A stretch of 55,837 bases of DNA, taken from IMG/VR virus record IMGVR_UViG_3300035072_000033, positions 1-55,837 of that record; one strand, 5' to 3'. Source of the DNA: a virus (lineage: Duplodnaviria > Caudoviricetes). The notes below the pieces were generated by a model. The model did not search any database. It worked only from the letters and a program-made list of their open reading frames with translations, and was not told where the DNA came from. The position numbers were made by a program, and so were the translations under genes. Each line of letters begins with the position of its first letter. Positions within the stretch are counted from its first letter, which is position 1. Positions 54,788 to 55,837 of this stretch are shown in pieces.

Positions 54788-55656
54788 CGGCGTGGGCCGA
54801 GCACGCCGCCGACCAGCTCGCCCCCTCCACCGGACGTCGCTACGCGGTCTCCCTCGGCATGATCGAACAGCATCTCGCGCCGTTCGACATCGACAGGATC
54901 GACGGGGCGTCAATCGCCACGCTGATCGCCGCCCGCCGGCGCGAAGGCGCGAGCCCGGCGACGGTGCGCCGCGACCTCACGGCCATCTCGCAGGTGCTTG
55001 ACCACGCCGAGGCGATGGGCTGGCGCGAGGGCAACCCGACCCTCTCCAAGCGCCGCATGCTCAAGGAGCGCCGCGACCCGATCGCGTTGCCCGACCCGGC
55101 CGACATCGAGGCGACGATCGCCGCCGCGAGCCCGCGCTTCGGCGCTCTGATCCGCGCGGCTTGGCTGACCGGCTGCCGCCAGGACGAACTGGTCACCGCG
55201 AGCTGGCGCCGCTTCGACGCCCGTGCCGGAACGCTCGAAATCATTGGCAAGGGCAACAAGCGCCGCACCCTCGCGCTGTCGCGCCAGGCGACGGCACATA
55301 TCTCGGCACAGCCGGCGACGCTTGGAAGCAACCTGATTTTTTGCCGCGAGGGCGGGCTGGCGTTCAAGGAGGCGGCCTCGGACTTCGGCCACTTGCGCCG
55401 CAAGGTCGAGACCGACGCCAAACGCGAAAAGCGCGAATTCCGCCGCTTCCGCTTCCACGACTTGCGTCACCTGTTCGCGGTCGAGTGGCTGAGGGGCGGC
55501 GGCAATATTTACGACCTATCGAAGCACCTTGGCCATACGAGCGTGAAGACGACCGAGATTTATCTCGATTTCCTCACGCCGGACGAAGCGAGCCGCGCCA
55601 AATCAGGGTCGACACATAACCCGGCACACGACCGGCGGTCTCGCGACGCCGGATAA
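54595..55656 (+). CDS. int: Tyrosine integrase
   Basis: TGCR, GKGNK, HDLRH, LGH, TTEIY catalytic residues; GGAGG RBS; next to att. Confidence 0.96.
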   Translation: MREPNLYQRAGVWWLRATIRGVEHRESLRTRDVKTARRLRDARIEEISAARWRGERARSWRDAVTAWAEHAADQLAPSTGRRYAVSLGMIEQHLAPFDIDRIDGASIATLIAARRREGASPATVRRDLTAISQVLDHAEAMGWREGNPTLSKRRMLKERRDPIALPDPADIEATIAAASPRFGALIRAAWLTGCRQDELVTASWRRFDARAGTLEIIGKGNKRRTLALSRQATAHISAQPATLGSNLIFCREGGLAFKEAASDFGHLRRKVETDAKREKREFRRFRFHDLRHLFAVEWLRGGGNIYDLSKHLGHTSVKTTEIYLDFLTPDEASRAKSGSTHNPAHDRRSRDAG

Positions 55657-55710
55657 GCTGAAACGGATGTTAATACAATGATATACGTGACAAGGCAAAA
55701 AACAGCGCGC

Positions 55711-55773
55711 GCGGTCTTGAAAACCGCCGTGGGGGAAACTCCACCGTGGGTTCGAATCCCACCCCTTCCGCCA
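55711..55773 (+). repeat. att core (right), duplicated 3' part of tRNA-Ser
   Basis: Identical to 65-127. Confidence 0.97.
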
Positions 55774-55837
55774 ATGAAAGCAGTTGGAATCGTTCTCTCC
55801 TCTTAAGCTATCGGCTGAATTTGAGGCGTGGTCAAAA

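Larger units (their letters stand above)
65..55773. mobile_element. Apparently complete temperate prophage (lambda-like packaging, HK97-fold head, Mu-like contractile tail)
   Basis: Bounded by a 63-bp tRNA-derived direct repeat; integrase next to the right repeat; full set of phage modules. Confidence 0.96.

Noticed and set aside
55711-55773. Second tRNA-Ser gene
   Set aside because: Lacks the 5' acceptor strand and D-arm; it is the att duplication

Overview
The window is almost exactly one apparently complete ~55.6 kb temperate prophage in a high-GC alphaproteobacterium. Hyphomicrobiales is inferred from the GcrA gene, the CtrA-like domain and an ADLPxRKAAP-type outer-membrane protein. It is integrated in tRNA-Ser(TGA), with a perfect 63-bp att direct repeat at 65-127 and 55711-55773. 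It combines lambda-like packaging (TerS, GpA-type TerL, gpW, portal and a recognisable cosQ/cosN-like site), an HK97-fold capsid, a Mu-like contractile tail, a GH19 endolysin region carrying envelope cargo, a split primase plus SF3 helicase with an iteron origin, a cI/cro switch and an integrase. The most unusual element is a ~1.1 kb hairpin-dense region without a credible ORF inside the head operon (25793-26904). It contains a tRNA-shaped cloverleaf and is bracketed by two paralogous small genes resembling the bL9 N-terminal domain. The phage also appears to carry an MmgR/suhB(alpha-r8)-like sRNA, a ProQ/FinO RNA chaperone, a GcrA + CtrA-like + MT-A70 set, and a Trp-rich 20-aa motif shared by two unrelated tail proteins. 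All calls come from reading motifs by eye; no searches were run.
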